Of a stretch of DNA of 64,000 bases, positions 1-12,956 are shown piece by piece. The stretch comes from the human T2T-CHM13v2.0 reference genome, Homo sapiens. The stretch's first letter is position 1. Every line of letters begins with the position of its first letter. The translations under genes were made by a program, and so were the position numbers. Below the pieces are notes generated by a model. The model searched no databases and was not told the origin of the DNA. It saw only the letters and a list, made by a program, of their open reading frames with translations. The DNA lies in NCBI RefSeq assembly GCF_009914755.1, contig NC_060928.1; one strand, written 5' to 3'.

Positions 1-110
1 CGCGCCGGTGCAGGGGAGCTGAGGGCCGACTGCGCGCTGCACCACGGCGGCCACCTGCTGTGCGGTTCTGAGGGCTTCCGCGGTTCTGAGGGCTTCCGCG
101 TCCCTGCCAT
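1..110. promoter_or_regulatory. 3' edge of a CpG-rich island (continues left of window)
   Basis: High GC and dense CpG (cgcgccgg, ctgcgcgc, cacggcggcc, ccgcgg, ccgcg) against the CpG-depleted remainder of the window. Confidence 0.6.
62..100. repeat. 18-bp perfect tandem duplication gcggttctgagggcttcc x2
   Basis: 62-79 identical to 80-97, followed by gcg. Confidence 0.9.
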
Positions 111-304
111 GCCCATCTGGGGGCTTCAGAAGCCAACACGATGGTTTTCGGGCTCACATCCCAAAGGCTGCTCTTCCTTTTAGCACCTGGGACCTACCAG
201 GAACCTCAACCTCTAACAACATTGGTCCCCGTTACCGTGGAGTTTGCGCCCAGCGTTCGCTGGAGGGCCGTTTGAAGAATGATTGTTGTCGTAAAGGCCT
301 TTGA

Positions 305-500
305 TAATAATAGATACTGTTTACCCAGTGCTTGATGCCAGGCATTGCTACAAACACTGCGTACACATTATTCTATTTAATCTTCATAACCCAGTGAGGT
401 AGGTACTGTCATTACTGTCCTTTCACAGAAGAGGAAGCTGGGGCACAGAGGTTAAATGCTAGTGAGGGCAGTACCACACTTGGCACTCAGGCTGCCCCCA
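305..500 (-). mobile_element. MIR SINE fragment
   Basis: tttaatcttcataacccagtgaggtaggtact...acagaagaggaagctggggcacagaggttaa matches the MIR core, antisense. Confidence 0.75.
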
Positions 501-907
501 GAGTGTGGGCACAACCAACGCAGGGCTATGCCTGGGCTGCAGGCAGGGGAAACTGACCATGGGTTCGCTCCAGGCCTCAGCCACACTGCAGTTCACTCCC
601 ACAAATAACTGAAGGACTTTCCCTGGGTGTCTCCCACAGTGTGCTGGGCGCAGTGGTGCAGTGGGGTGAGGACAACGCACACACCAGCAACCTCTCTAGC
701 AGCTCAGTCCTTTTAGATCTCCATCTTCCAGATCTAGAAAAAATGGACTCCACGTTCGTTTTCACTGGTTCCCGCTTGGCTAATCCCTGGTTTTTCTGTC
801 CAGATCTCGCCTCCCCATCCGTGATTTTGTCATCTTTGCCTCTCCTTTTTCCTCTTCTCCAACCGGTCCCTCAGCCCCAGAACCTCTGCAGGCACCTCCC
901 AAGTTCT

Positions 908-1636
908 GTGGTCTATTTTTTTCAAGGGCTGCTGGAACGAAGTACCACACACTAAGTGGCTTCAACAACCAAAATATATGGTCTGTCCTGGTTCTGGAGA
1001 CTAGAAGTACAAAATCACGGCGTGGGAGGGCTGGCTGCTTCCGAGGCCCATGAAAGAGCATGTGTGCCCGGCCACTCTGGCTTGCAGATGCCCATCTTCT
1101 CCCTATGTCTCCTCACACCATCTTCCCTGTGGTGTGTGTGTGCAAATCCCTTCTTTCTATAAGGACACCAGTCATACTGGACTAGGGCCCACCCGAATTG
1201 CCTCATTTTAACTTGATGACCTCTGTAATCATGAGGTAATGTCCAAGTAAGGTCCCATTCTAAGATACCTGAATGCCCAGGCACGGTGGTTCATGCCTGT
1301 AATCCCAGCACTTTGGGAGGCCGAGGCAGGCAGATCAACTGAGGTCAGGAGTTCAAGACCAGCCTGGCCAACATGGTGAAACCCTGTCTCTACTAAAAAT
1401 AAAAAAATTAGCAGGGCGTGGTGGTGCGTACCTGTAGTCCCAGCTACTCGGGAGGCTGAGGCAGAAGAATTGTTTGAACCCAGGGAGGTGGAGGTTGCAA
1501 TGAGCCAAGATCACGCCACTGCATTCCAGCCTGGGAGACAGAGCAAGACTCTGTCTCAAAACAACTACAACAACAACAACAAACCCCTGAACATATGAAC
1601 TTGGGGAATGTGGGGGTGACAATTCAACCCGTAACA
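908..1636 (-). mobile_element. MLT1B/C-type MaLR solo LTR, interrupted by an Alu
   Basis: gctggaacgaagtaccacacactaagtggctt; tataaggacaccagtcatactggactagggcccaccc; ends aattcaacccgtaaca. Confidence 0.8.
1275..1583 (+). mobile_element. AluS with (ACA)n tail
   Basis: Full dimeric Alu: gcctgtaatcccagcactttgggaggccgagg ... ctgtctcaaaacaac. Confidence 0.95.
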
Positions 1637-2203
1637 TGTGGATGGTCGTCACTGGCTGTCTCACCTTATCTCTTCTCCTCAAGACACTTTTCTCTTAAAC
1701 TGGGTGCCTCTCCCTGGGCTCTAGCCCTTAATGAGGTGATTTCCAACTCAAGGCTGGGAAAGGCAGACAACCCAGAATCAGACCTGAGTTCACACTCCTT
1801 CTGGCAGGAACTTCTAGGTGACATTGGGAAGCAACTTCATTCCTTAGAACCTAGATTTCTCCTCAGGCTATAAGGGGGCTTGGCTAAATAATCTCTTAGG
1901 TCTCTTTCAGCACACACACTTAAAAAAAAACAAAAAAGTTTTTATCTAATCACTCCAAAAAGTTTTACAATGTATGGGGTTGTCTTGTGGACTTGAGATA
2001 GAGACTTTGATGGGAGGCAGTATTGCATAGTGGTTAAGAACACAGGCTTTGGGGTGGGTGAATCCACATCAAGCCTCATTGCATCCTCCTTAAATCAGGA
2101 ATAATACCTACCTCAGACAGGTGTCATAGGATTGACAGCCATGCCCTTGGTATTCTCATTAAATGAAGATTCCAGACTCTATAGTTGGGAGTTTGTGACT
2201 TAG

Positions 2204-2507
<304 letters not shown>

Positions 2508-2558
2508 TTTTTTTTTTTTTTTTTTTTAAATGAAGGACATGATTGTTTTTAAAAATTG

Positions 2559-2687
2559 GGCCAGGTGCGGTGGCTCACACCTGTAATCCCAGCACTTTGG
2601 GAGGCAAATGCAGGAGGATTGCTTGAGTCCGGGAATTCAAGACCAGCCTGAGCAACATAGTGAGACCCTCCGTCTCTAAGAAAAAGT
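2559..2687 (+). mobile_element. FLAM (free left Alu monomer)
   Basis: Single ~130-bp monomer ggccaggtgcggtggctcac...gcaacatagtgagaccctccgtctctaagaaaaa. Confidence 0.85.
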
Positions 2688-3232
2688 TTTTAAAAATTGT
2701 GTCACAGTGATCACAATGACCACTATTCACATCATAATGGCTTTTCTTTTGGCTATTAACACTGCAGTGTTTTTGTATACTGAAATGTGTCTGTGGGACC
2801 AACAGCATTAAAGAATAAAGATCCTAGATGAAAATAAACACTAATAATCCTGGTGTCCTCTCCAATAGAATTAATCTAAACTCCTTATGAATCAGTAGCA
2901 TTATAATGTTATGTAGTTATGAGGAATAGAATTCTTTTAGAAGCAGGCAGCATGAACTTATACTTCCTTGTACTTACTTCTTTAAGAAACCAGTCTTAAC
3001 CCTCCTTTCTACTGTCTTTTTTTTCAAGCATCTCTCTAGCCAAGGGAATAAGAGCCAATTGGATATTGTAGTGGTGCAAATTTCCTAGCGGAAATTTGAG
3101 TCTTTTTTCGGTCACTCCTGCCCTTGTTACATTTTGGCCTGATTAAAATGTTGTGGCTAATTCTGGCTAAATCCACATTGACATCTGCCTAACACCGATT
3201 GATCAATCTCCTGGAGAAGCTAAAGAGAACTG

Positions 3233-3552
3233 GGCCGGGTGCAGTGGCACATGCCTGTAATCCCAGCATGTTGGGAGGCCAAGGTCGGCGGATCACTTCA
3301 GCCCAGGAGTTTGAGACCAGTGTGAGCAACATGGCGAGATCCTGTCTCTACAAAAAATACAAAACTTAGCCCAGCATGGTGGTGTGCACCTGTAGCCTAT
3401 AGTCCCAGCTACATGGGAGGCTGAGGTGGGAGGATCTCTTGAACCCAGGAGGTCGAGACTGCAGTGAACCGTGATTGCACCATTGCACTTTGGCATGGGC
3501 AACAGAGCAAGACCACATCAAAAAAAAAAAAGAAAGAAAGAAAAGAAAAAAA
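3233..3552 (+). mobile_element. AluJ
   Basis: Dimeric Alu with J-type motifs (gcccaggagtttgagacc, ggaggtcgagactgcagtg) and A-rich tail. Confidence 0.9.
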
Positions 3553-4344
3553 GAATCGAAGTCTTTCTGGGTCAAGCTGATTAGCAGGTTTACAGTGGCC
3601 TTGTCTCAAAAGTTCCCACTTGTGATTAGGAACTACAAAGCTGTGATTATTATTAATCTTCTGCACCTATTGCTTTTGAGCATGGCTATCTGAAGTATAG
3701 CCACATCAATTAATAATGGCCGATGAGCTTTTAATTACAGACCTCGGTAATTGGCTGGTTAAAGGAAGATTGGCATCAGTAACTGAGTTCTTTTTGTTCA
3801 ATCCATTTTGGGACTGCAACTATATTAGGCATACATCCATGCCCCCATGAAACTGTAAGGGACTGGAAGGAGGCAGTGTGTCCCGTGAATCCTCATGAAC
3901 CATCCCAGTCTTTCTTACTCCCCTGCACGTCCTCTTCATTTACACAGAGTAGGTATTCAATTGTTGAGTTGGACACATTTTTCTAACTACTCGATGTCAA
4001 CCAAGGGTAGATCCACGTTTGGAGCCTTAAACTTACACAGTTTAGGGAACCTCTATAAGAAAATTACAAATACAAAGTTGGATACAAAAGTGAATGTTTC
4101 CTTTAGAATTAGAACAGAAATCACAGTAAACTACAAATTTTAAAAGTTTGGGCTTTCTAGGGCCTCCGGCAGTAGGGAAGGGAAAAAATGTTGCCCACAT
4201 AATTGCAATCATAAATTTCACAAAATCCAGAAAAAAATCACCTAAAAATTTTATTAATTCTTTTTTCCTACCACTCTAATAAGTTTTTTTCCTGTGTTTT
4301 GGGCTGTGTACTAATGAATGTTTTCTTCATGCGACATTTTAAAT

Positions 4345-4960
4345 AAACTTTATAAAACAGTTTTTGATGTATAGAAAAATTGCCAAGTTCCATAAACCCC
4401 CCACCCAATTTCCACTGATTAACATCTTAGATTAACATTTGTGATGATGACTGAGCCAATATTGACACATTATTATAACCAAAGCCCATCCATTGTTCAG
4501 ATTTCATCCGTTTTTACCCAGCGTCCTTTTTCTGTCCCAGGATATCAACCAGGATATGGCATTGCATTGGATCCCAACCAGGATATGACGTTACATTGGA
4601 TCCCAACCAGGATATGGCATTGCACTGGATCCCAACCAGGATATGGCATTGCACTGGATCCCAACCAGGATATGGCATTGCGTTGGATCCCAACCAGGTT
4701 ATGGCATTACATTGGATCCCAACCAGGTTATGGCATTGCATTGGATCCCAACCAGGATATGACATTGCATTTACTCATCACGCCTCCTTAGGTTCCTCTT
4801 GGCTGTGACGGTTTCTCAGACTATCCTTGTTTTTTAGGACCTTGACAGTTTTGAGGCATACTGGTGAGTGTTTTGTAAAACATACTTCTATTGGGAGTTG
4901 TCTGATGTTTTTCTTACGATTAGACTGGGGTTATAGGTTTTTAGGAGGAAGGCCACATGT
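4345..4960 (-). mobile_element. L1MC-type 3' end fragment
   Basis: cctccttaggttcctcttggctgtgacggtttctcagact...tctgatgtttttcttacgattagactggggttat is typical of the L1MC 3' UTR, antisense. Confidence 0.75.
4540..4772. repeat. 29-bp minisatellite (ggatatggcattgcattggatcccaacca), ~8 copies
   Basis: Units start at 4552, 4581, 4610, 4639, 4668, 4697, 4726, 4755; each full unit contains GGATCC. Confidence 0.95.
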
Positions 4961-6527
4961 GACATTTTTATAATATAATTTTCTACAGGAAGAAAATTCG
5001 GACTTTTCTCTACCATGATTGATGGGCTTTTCTTACATTGTTAGTTTTGATTCAAAATCAAAACTATGTGGATGGGTACCAAATTCATTGCTTTTCATTT
5101 TAAATGAATGCTGATTGGAAAAATTTTCAGTGGTAAACCTACCGGCTATGTCCATTTCACTCCGTGTTTCTCTTCCCCTGCCCATCTCCTAAGATGCCTT
5201 AGGAGAGGGGAAATATGATCTCTGGCCTTGAACCTCCTGCCAGGATGCTAGATAAGTTGACAGAGAGGGTGGAGAAATATACCTGAAGGCATTCCTGTGC
5301 GGAGAAAGCTAGAGCTATACATGCAAGTCCCTGTGAATTCCGTAACTACATCTCCCCAGACCCAAAGAAATGTATGTTCAGCTCCAGCTCTTGTTAGCTG
5401 GGTTCCAAAGATGACCTTGGTCACTTCAGCACCATAATGGGATGAGGTGGTGACAGAAGAGACTTTGCATAGAGTGCACCAACTGTGCTATGTGCTGTAT
5501 CAACTGATTGCAGCTACGTGGTCTTACTTTTGCAAATTTTGTGGAAACATTTAACCATGTGACTAGGTTGCCAGAGCCCCTCCCGAGGTCTCACAAGGGG
5601 CTTCTATAAATGAGAAGCCCTAAAAATCAAGCTATGTGAGCCTCGCAATGAATCTACTCCCGTTGGCAATGCTTTTTGCACCGTTATGATGCCACTGCTT
5701 GGACTTGCTAGTTCAACTCTCCTGGGCTTCAGCGGTAGTGAAGAAGAAGCATTTCCACCAGGCCGACACTGTTCTAACACTACTGATAATTATCCTGTGG
5801 TCTTCAGTGGCCCTAATGAAGTCATAGTCCCTTTCTCCACACCCCTTTTAGTTTTAACATGCACTTGATCCACTGGCTTCATCCACTCCATGTGGGAGAA
5901 CAATCCACAGCTGCTTAGGCCGCAGCTGCCCAGGGTTTCCCCTCTCTTTTCTGGGTTGGAGGACTCCAGCTCTCCCAGACTCACTGCTCAGGCCTTCTCC
6001 TGGCATTGCAGTTCTGCCCCAACACAGAGCTGACAAACCAGGGCGTCTAGACCCCACCCTGCGTCCCCACAGCACTCTATTTTTTTGTTCTTGGAAGTGA
6101 TATGAAGATCTTATGTAGTCAATGTCAAAAAGAAATGATAATTACTTCATTTTTCCCACTCAACTGGCCACTTATTCCCAACTAGTAAAATTCAACCTCT
6201 GCAAGGGTTTCTAAGGCACCCTTCATAACCTGACCCTGCTTTCCCCGCCAACAAGTTCATATCATTTTCCTCTCCAGCTATCTGTAGTCAAGAGTAAAAA
6301 GTCTGGAGTCACACAGGTTGGAACCAATTCCACTACTCACTAGTTCAGACCCAAGGCAAGTAACTGTCAAATCCCTGTCTTTCTTATCTGCTGAGTGAAT
6401 ATAATACTGTATTGCATCAAATCTAAATCATCAATTGTAAGATGCACTATTAATTTATGTAGCCCTGATAAAGAAAAGAATTTCTGCTGATTTTAATTGC
6501 AAAACATTGTCCTTTGGAAGATGCACC

Positions 6528-7116
6528 CTCTATCAATTCGCTTTTGCTGTATGACAAATCACACCAAAACTTAATGGCTTAACACCACAATCATTCATTA
6601 GCTCATCATTCTGTGGGTCGGCACTTGGGCTAGGTTCAGCTGGGTGGTTCCCCTGCTGGTCTCTCTTAGGCTCAGTCCTGCAGCCACCAATAGCTGGTGG
6701 ATCAGCTGGGGCCAGATGCTCTGGGATAGCCTCATTTACATGTCTGATGGTTGGCTGACAATTTGCTGAGGCTCCTCAGTTCTTCACATGGCCACCCTAG
6801 CAAACTAGCTCAAGCGTGTTCAAATAGTAGTGTCACGGCTACAAGCACAGCAAAGGGGACAAGCCTCAGGGCATAAATGCTTTTCAAACCCCTTGCATCA
6901 TGTTTGCGTGCTTGAATCCAGGCAGTCTGGTTCCAGACCCTCGACTCTTAACCTGCAGAGAGTTCCGTCTTACTGGAGAGGGGAATGAGAGCAGGGATGG
7001 GTCCCGTTGGCTAAAGCAAGCCACATGACCAAGTCAAGACTCAGTATGGGAAAGAGCTACTGAAGCACATGGGTACGAGGAGGAGAATTTTGCTGGTTAT
7101 TTTGCAATCTACCCAC
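6528..7116 (-). mobile_element. MLT1H/I-type MaLR LTR with a ~93-bp foreign insert
   Basis: ttgctgtatgacaaatcacaccaaaacttaatggcttaa ... gtcccgttggctaaagcaagccacatgaccaag ... ttgcaatctacccaca. Confidence 0.7.
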
Positions 7117-7816
7117 ATCCTGACTGTGTACATAAAAAAGTCTGAAGAAATTTGTACTAAGAGTGCACAAGTACTAAGAGTAGTAGTGCTTGCCTCAAAG
7201 AGTTGAGTAGTAGGGCTCTGTGAGATAATGTCAGTAATATCACTTAGTACAGTGCGTGGCCCCTGGTCAATGTTCTGTACGTACTATTACTATCACATTT
7301 GTGTCCGTGCTTCTTTCTACCAGAAAGCTGGTAAATTCATGTTTATCCTCCCAATCCTAACTCAGACATCACTTTCCCTAGGACACACACACAATTTGTT
7401 GCTCCCAGAGCTGTGCCACCCTGTACTTTACACACATTGCCTTTGTTGCAGCAGGTTGTCATTCTTGTGCTTCTGTGGGCCTGGCTTTGGGCTTTTTGGT
7501 AGCAGATATTCTGTGTCTAGACACCTTCCATCCCCAATACAGTGCCTGGCACTTGATATGTGTTTATTTAATTGAAGTGACATGTTACTTCCAATAGAAC
7601 TTCTTCTCATTCCCCTGGGTATCATCTTCCTTTCCTCTGGGGATGCTCCCACAGCACCCTACCATCTTTCTAGTGTAGGACTTGTGACACTGAGCTGTGA
7701 TGACTTGTTTGCGTAACATGCACACATAAAGAATTTTCCTTATTTCTTTATATTACACAGAGCTCCCCAGTACCATGACTAGCGGTAGCAGCAAATACTC
7801 TATAAATACCTGTTAC

Positions 7817-8123
7817 ATTTATTTATTTATTTATTTATTTTTGAGACCGAGTCTCACTCTGTCACCCAGGCTGGAGTGAAGTGGTGCAATCTCAGCTCAC
7901 TGCAACCTCCACCTCCCGGTTCAAGTGATTCTCGTGCCTCAGCCTCCCGAGTAGTTAGGATTACAGGCACCTGCCACCAGGACCAGCTAATTTTTGTATT
8001 TTTAATGGAGACAGTGTTTCACCACGTTGACTGGGCTGGTCTCAAACTCCTGACCTCAGGTGGTCTGCTCACCTTGGCCTCCCAAAGTGCTGGGATTATA
8101 GGCATGAGCCACTGCGCCTGGCC
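7817..8123 (-). mobile_element. AluS
   Basis: Full antisense Alu, (TTTA)n tail, TSD-like acctgtta on both sides. Confidence 0.95.
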
Positions 8124-10099
8124 AACACCTGTTAAATTTAGAAAACAGAGTTTTCAATCTCTGTCTTACACCCAAGAAGGCCTGTGGCCCAGAGATCCGG
8201 AGTAAAATTAGATTCAGTATTTAATCCATCAATAGCTCGTTCTTACTGCATCCCTAGGGTATGAACTCTGCTGACTTTTCTCTCCTCTTTAGATCACAAC
8301 CCAGTGACATCACCACTACACAGAGAATCATTGCAGGCCCTATCCATGTCTCCGTGGTCTCTCTGATCCCCCACCCCCACCCCAACACACACACCACGCG
8401 CGCTCACAAACGTCAGTATTTTATGTGAGTAGAGTGTGTCTATAAATACCATGGACAGTGGATGGGACTTGGATCAGGTCTTTTGTCACCCTATGATACC
8501 CTATGGGGGCAGGACCCCAGGACCCCATAGAGTTGGTATATTGGCTCGGAGGGATGTTGAAACTGTGAGTGGAACAACATACCACCATCCTCCACTTCCA
8601 TTTGCACCCTCTACTTCTCTCCTGCAGCAGGCTGACGCCGGCCCAGAGCCTGCATACAGCCACAAGCTCACTTCTCAGCCTTTTGGAGGCCATGCACCAC
8701 CTTGGGAATGCAATGGAAGATTCAGACCCTCCTCATAAACGTTTCCCACATGCTTTCTATGGGTTCCCTGGGGTCCCCAGTTAAGAGCCCTGGTGGAATA
8801 GAAAGGGCACTGGATTTGTACTTGCAGAGATCTAAGTTCAAGGTCTGATTCTACCTCTCACTAATTCTGTGGCTGATCTCTCTGAGCCTCAATTTCTACA
8901 TCTGAAAATGAGGTATAGCCAGCACTGCAGGTTGTAAGGGGCCTGCTACGTGATAGGTCCTCAGTTTTGCCTTCCCCGTCTAAGCCTCCTAGGTACCTGG
9001 TTACCATTTGCAAGAGCCTGGAGCTAACAGGTGGAAGTTTCATTCCAAGTTCAGGTCTTCATGCAATCACGTGAAACCATTTACTGAGCATTTATTATGT
9101 GCTAGCCACAGTGGTAGGTGCTGGAGTATGCAAGTGTGTGTTTATACCTGGCTGTGAAAGGTATACAGAGGTGAACATAATATGAGACCTCAGGGAGCTG
9201 GTAGTATGATGACCTAGTGCCCATCTATCCACAGAATGCAATTTGCCTAAAACGTTTAGCACAAAATGTTTTACCTGATTAACCCACTACAAAGACATCT
9301 TATTATTGATACCTCCAGCGTTTCGGCTATGGGATCAAAGTCTGGCCTATGTTTGACACCCGTATATCTCTGTGAAAATACATTGTCTTCCTCGAGTCTA
9401 TTAAATTCAATGCCAAGAGCCTCCATTAGGGATATTCTTGTGTAGTCAAAATTGAGTGAGATGTCTTTGGCATGAATATATTGAATGTACAGCTTTTGAA
9501 ATTAGTTCACTATGGTAAATATCAATGTTTTCACTGACTGAATAAAATTGATTATAATATTGCACTCTACACAGCTAAAGATTATTAACTTTTGGGGAAA
9601 TGATTTTTTATCATGGCTAAAAATCCATTTTTAAGATGCTTGTCAGGCTGTTCTTTTCAGCATAGTTCTCAATTGAAAATGTAGACAGCTCATGGCATTG
9701 TGGGCATTTGTGCTCACTGCTGAACACATTTGAATACCTCTGCTCTCACAGTCTTTTCTTCAAGTCAAACAGTCTACCAGAATGCACTAAGCTCCCATTT
9801 TGCCAAGAAGCTGGCTGTTTGAGAATAATCTGGAGAGATTCCTAAAGACTTTGATAAGTGTAATTTTTTGAAAGCTCTGTCTCTCTGGTGTCATTCCTAC
9901 TGAGGCTGCTCATGTCATTCAGGTTCCATAATTTGGATGTTAAATGAAAAAAAAATGAAGCACAGTGGTCTAGTTTACAATTTAGGTTAATTGGCCTACT
10001 TCAATGTATCTCATTTTCAAGTATTTTCACCTTTACTATGAACTCCTACTTACTGAGCACCTACTATTTTGTACAGTTCTGGGCCAGGAACTGCTGTGA

Positions 10100-10520
10100 G
10101 TATGAGACACCTGCCTTCTCGATTGTAAGCAACAGAAATCCACCATGAGCAATATGAGTAGATATAGAATTCACTGAAAGGAAATTGGAGACTTTCAGAG
10201 ACTGAAAGACCTGAGCTGGTGTGTGGTCCAAGAAGCAGGAAGAAGAACCACAGCCATCTCTTAACAAGAACAGGCTGCTCAGAAGCCTGCCGGCCAACAC
10301 AGCCACAGTAACTGCTACCAGGCTGGGTCCACTGCAGGCCACAGCTGCTGCACAAGGAGGTTCCAGCCCTCCTTTTATCTTTGCCGCACGCACCCGGGAG
10401 TCAGAATTCTAGGCAAGAGCTCCTGGTTGCCAGTCTTTGGTCCTGCGCCTGTGCCCTGGCTGCTGGGTGTGGAGTGAGGAAAAGGATGCCTTTGCTTTGT
10501 TGTCTGTAGTTGCAGAGAGG
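10100..10520 (-). mobile_element. Ancient MLT1 (M/N/O-type) LTR fragment
   Basis: gattgtaagcaacagaaatccacc...gaattcactgaaaggaaattgg resembles an MLT1N/O terminus. Confidence 0.4.
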
Positions 10521-10639
10521 GTGACATGACCCCTCCAAGTAGGAAGAGGTTATTAAATACTGGATAGTAAAATATGACAAAGCTCCACCACATTCTTTGT
10601 TCAATGATAAGACAAGTACTAGCATTAGAATTAGTTTAG

Positions 10640-10969
<330 letters not shown>

Positions 10970-11552
10970 TAATGGTAGGCCTTCAAAATAAAATTTTGAA
11001 GGAGGAATGGGTAAGAATTACCATGCAGATAATGATAAGCCCAGGCATAAATGTGGATGTATACAGAGGCCCAGATATATGAGACAGCATAGAGGGTGAG
11101 GTTGGAGGAGTAAAGAAAGGAGACAGGGCAGAATTGGCTGCCCTTCTCAGCCAGCTTAGACCATTGGACAGTGGTACGGAGACACACTGAGCAGTTTTAG
11201 ACAGAGGCAGGTCACATTTACCTTTTAGAAAGCTCACCTTGGTCCCTGTACGGAGAGTGGATGGCAAGAACTGGTGTGGGTTGCGGTAAGCCAGGCTCGG
11301 GGAGACCAGGTTTTCTCATTCTGGCTTTTTCTCCAATTAGCTATGTGATCTGGTCTCCAACTTGATCTTAACCTGTCTCATTATTTTCATCTTCTAAAGT
11401 GCTTTGATTGGAAAAGACAATTCTAATGTGGTCCATTCTACCCTCAAAGTTTAGACTTTGTTACTGTAAAGGCAAATTGGAGTATGATTATTAAAAAAAC
11501 TTAAGTTGCAGGATAAATTATTTGAACTACTTGTTTACTTATTCAACAAATA

Positions 11553-11870
11553 TTTTTATTTTTATTTTATTTTATTTTTAGAAACAGGGTCTCACTCTGT
11601 CACAGGCTGGAGTACAGTGTCGTGATCATAACTCACTACCGCATTTAACTCCTGGGTTCGAGCAATCCTCCCACTTCGACCTCCCAAGCAGTTGGGATGA
11701 CAGGCGCATGCCACCACATCCTGCCAAGTTAATTTTTTTTGGTAGGGGTGGGTAGAGACAAGGGTCTTGCTTTCTTGTTCAGGCTGGCCTCCAACTCCTG
11801 GCCTCAAGTGATCCTCCCGCTTAGGTGTCTCAAAGCACTAGGATTACAGGCATGAGCCACTGCGCTGGCC
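11553..11870 (-). mobile_element. AluJ inserted in an L2 3' remnant
   Basis: J-type antisense Alu; TSD tcaacaaatattt. Confidence 0.9.
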
Positions 11871-11984
11871 TCAACAAATATTTACTGACTATTATTTATG
11901 TCTCAAAACACTAGGATTACAGGCATGAGCCACTGCGCTGGCCTCAACAAATATTTACTGACTATTATTTATGTCTCAAACACT
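11826..11984. repeat. 73-bp tandem duplication spanning the Alu 5' end and flank
   Basis: tgtctcaaa at 11826, 11899 and 11972; cactaggattacaggcatgagccactgcgctggcctcaacaaatatttactgactattattta occurs twice. Confidence 0.95.
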
Positions 11985-12586
11985 GTTCTAGGCTTCAGAG
12001 GATTAGCAGTAAATAAGAAAAGTCCTTACCACTATGTGAGGTCTTTTGAATGAGAACTAGATTCTAGCAAGAGGAGTGGGGGGCAGTCAACAATAAAGAA
12101 ACGACTGTCTAATGATATAAGGTGGTGGTATGTGCTATAAAGAACAAAGCAGGTTGGGGGGATTTGGAAGTGACTGGAGAGAGGCAACTCTTCATAGGCT
12201 GGCAGGGCGGCCTCTCAAAGAAGTGAAAGAGATTTTAAACAGAGATTCAAATGAAGGGAGGAATCAAATGAAGATAGGCAGGAAGAATTTTCCAAGCAGA
12301 AAGATCAAAGAAATGGCAAGTGGGAAGGTCTCCAGGCATGTGAGGGGAAGAGCAGGCAGGTCAGTGAGGGCGGAGCACAGAAGAGGGAAAAGCAAATACA
12401 AAGGCTCCGAGTCATGTTGAAGAGAAGACAAGAATATCTACATGACGTCATGGAGGGGCCAGAAAAGGGTGACGAGAGATGACTTCAGAGAAGTGGCCAG
12501 GGACCAACCTTCATTCATGGATTGTTGATTGTTTCATTCTTTCAGTGCAAGAGGCACTGTGCTAGGATCTGGGAATGCAACCATGA

Positions 12587-12956
<370 letters not shown>

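Larger units (their letters stand above)
4003..5662 (-). mobile_element. Zaphod/MER115-like hAT-Tip100 DNA transposon remnant, interrupted by L1MC
   Basis: 4003-4330 resembles one Zaphod end (aaaattacaaatacaaagttggatacaaaagtgaatg); 5100-5660 is the diverged reverse complement of the element at 22488-23060 (e.g. tcttacttttgcaaattt, accatgtga). Confidence 0.6.

Noticed and set aside
4441-4808. Repetitive ORFs (GYGIALDPNQDM...)
   Set aside because: Read-through of the 29-bp minisatellite; the unit is not a multiple of 3 and lies in L1 sequence
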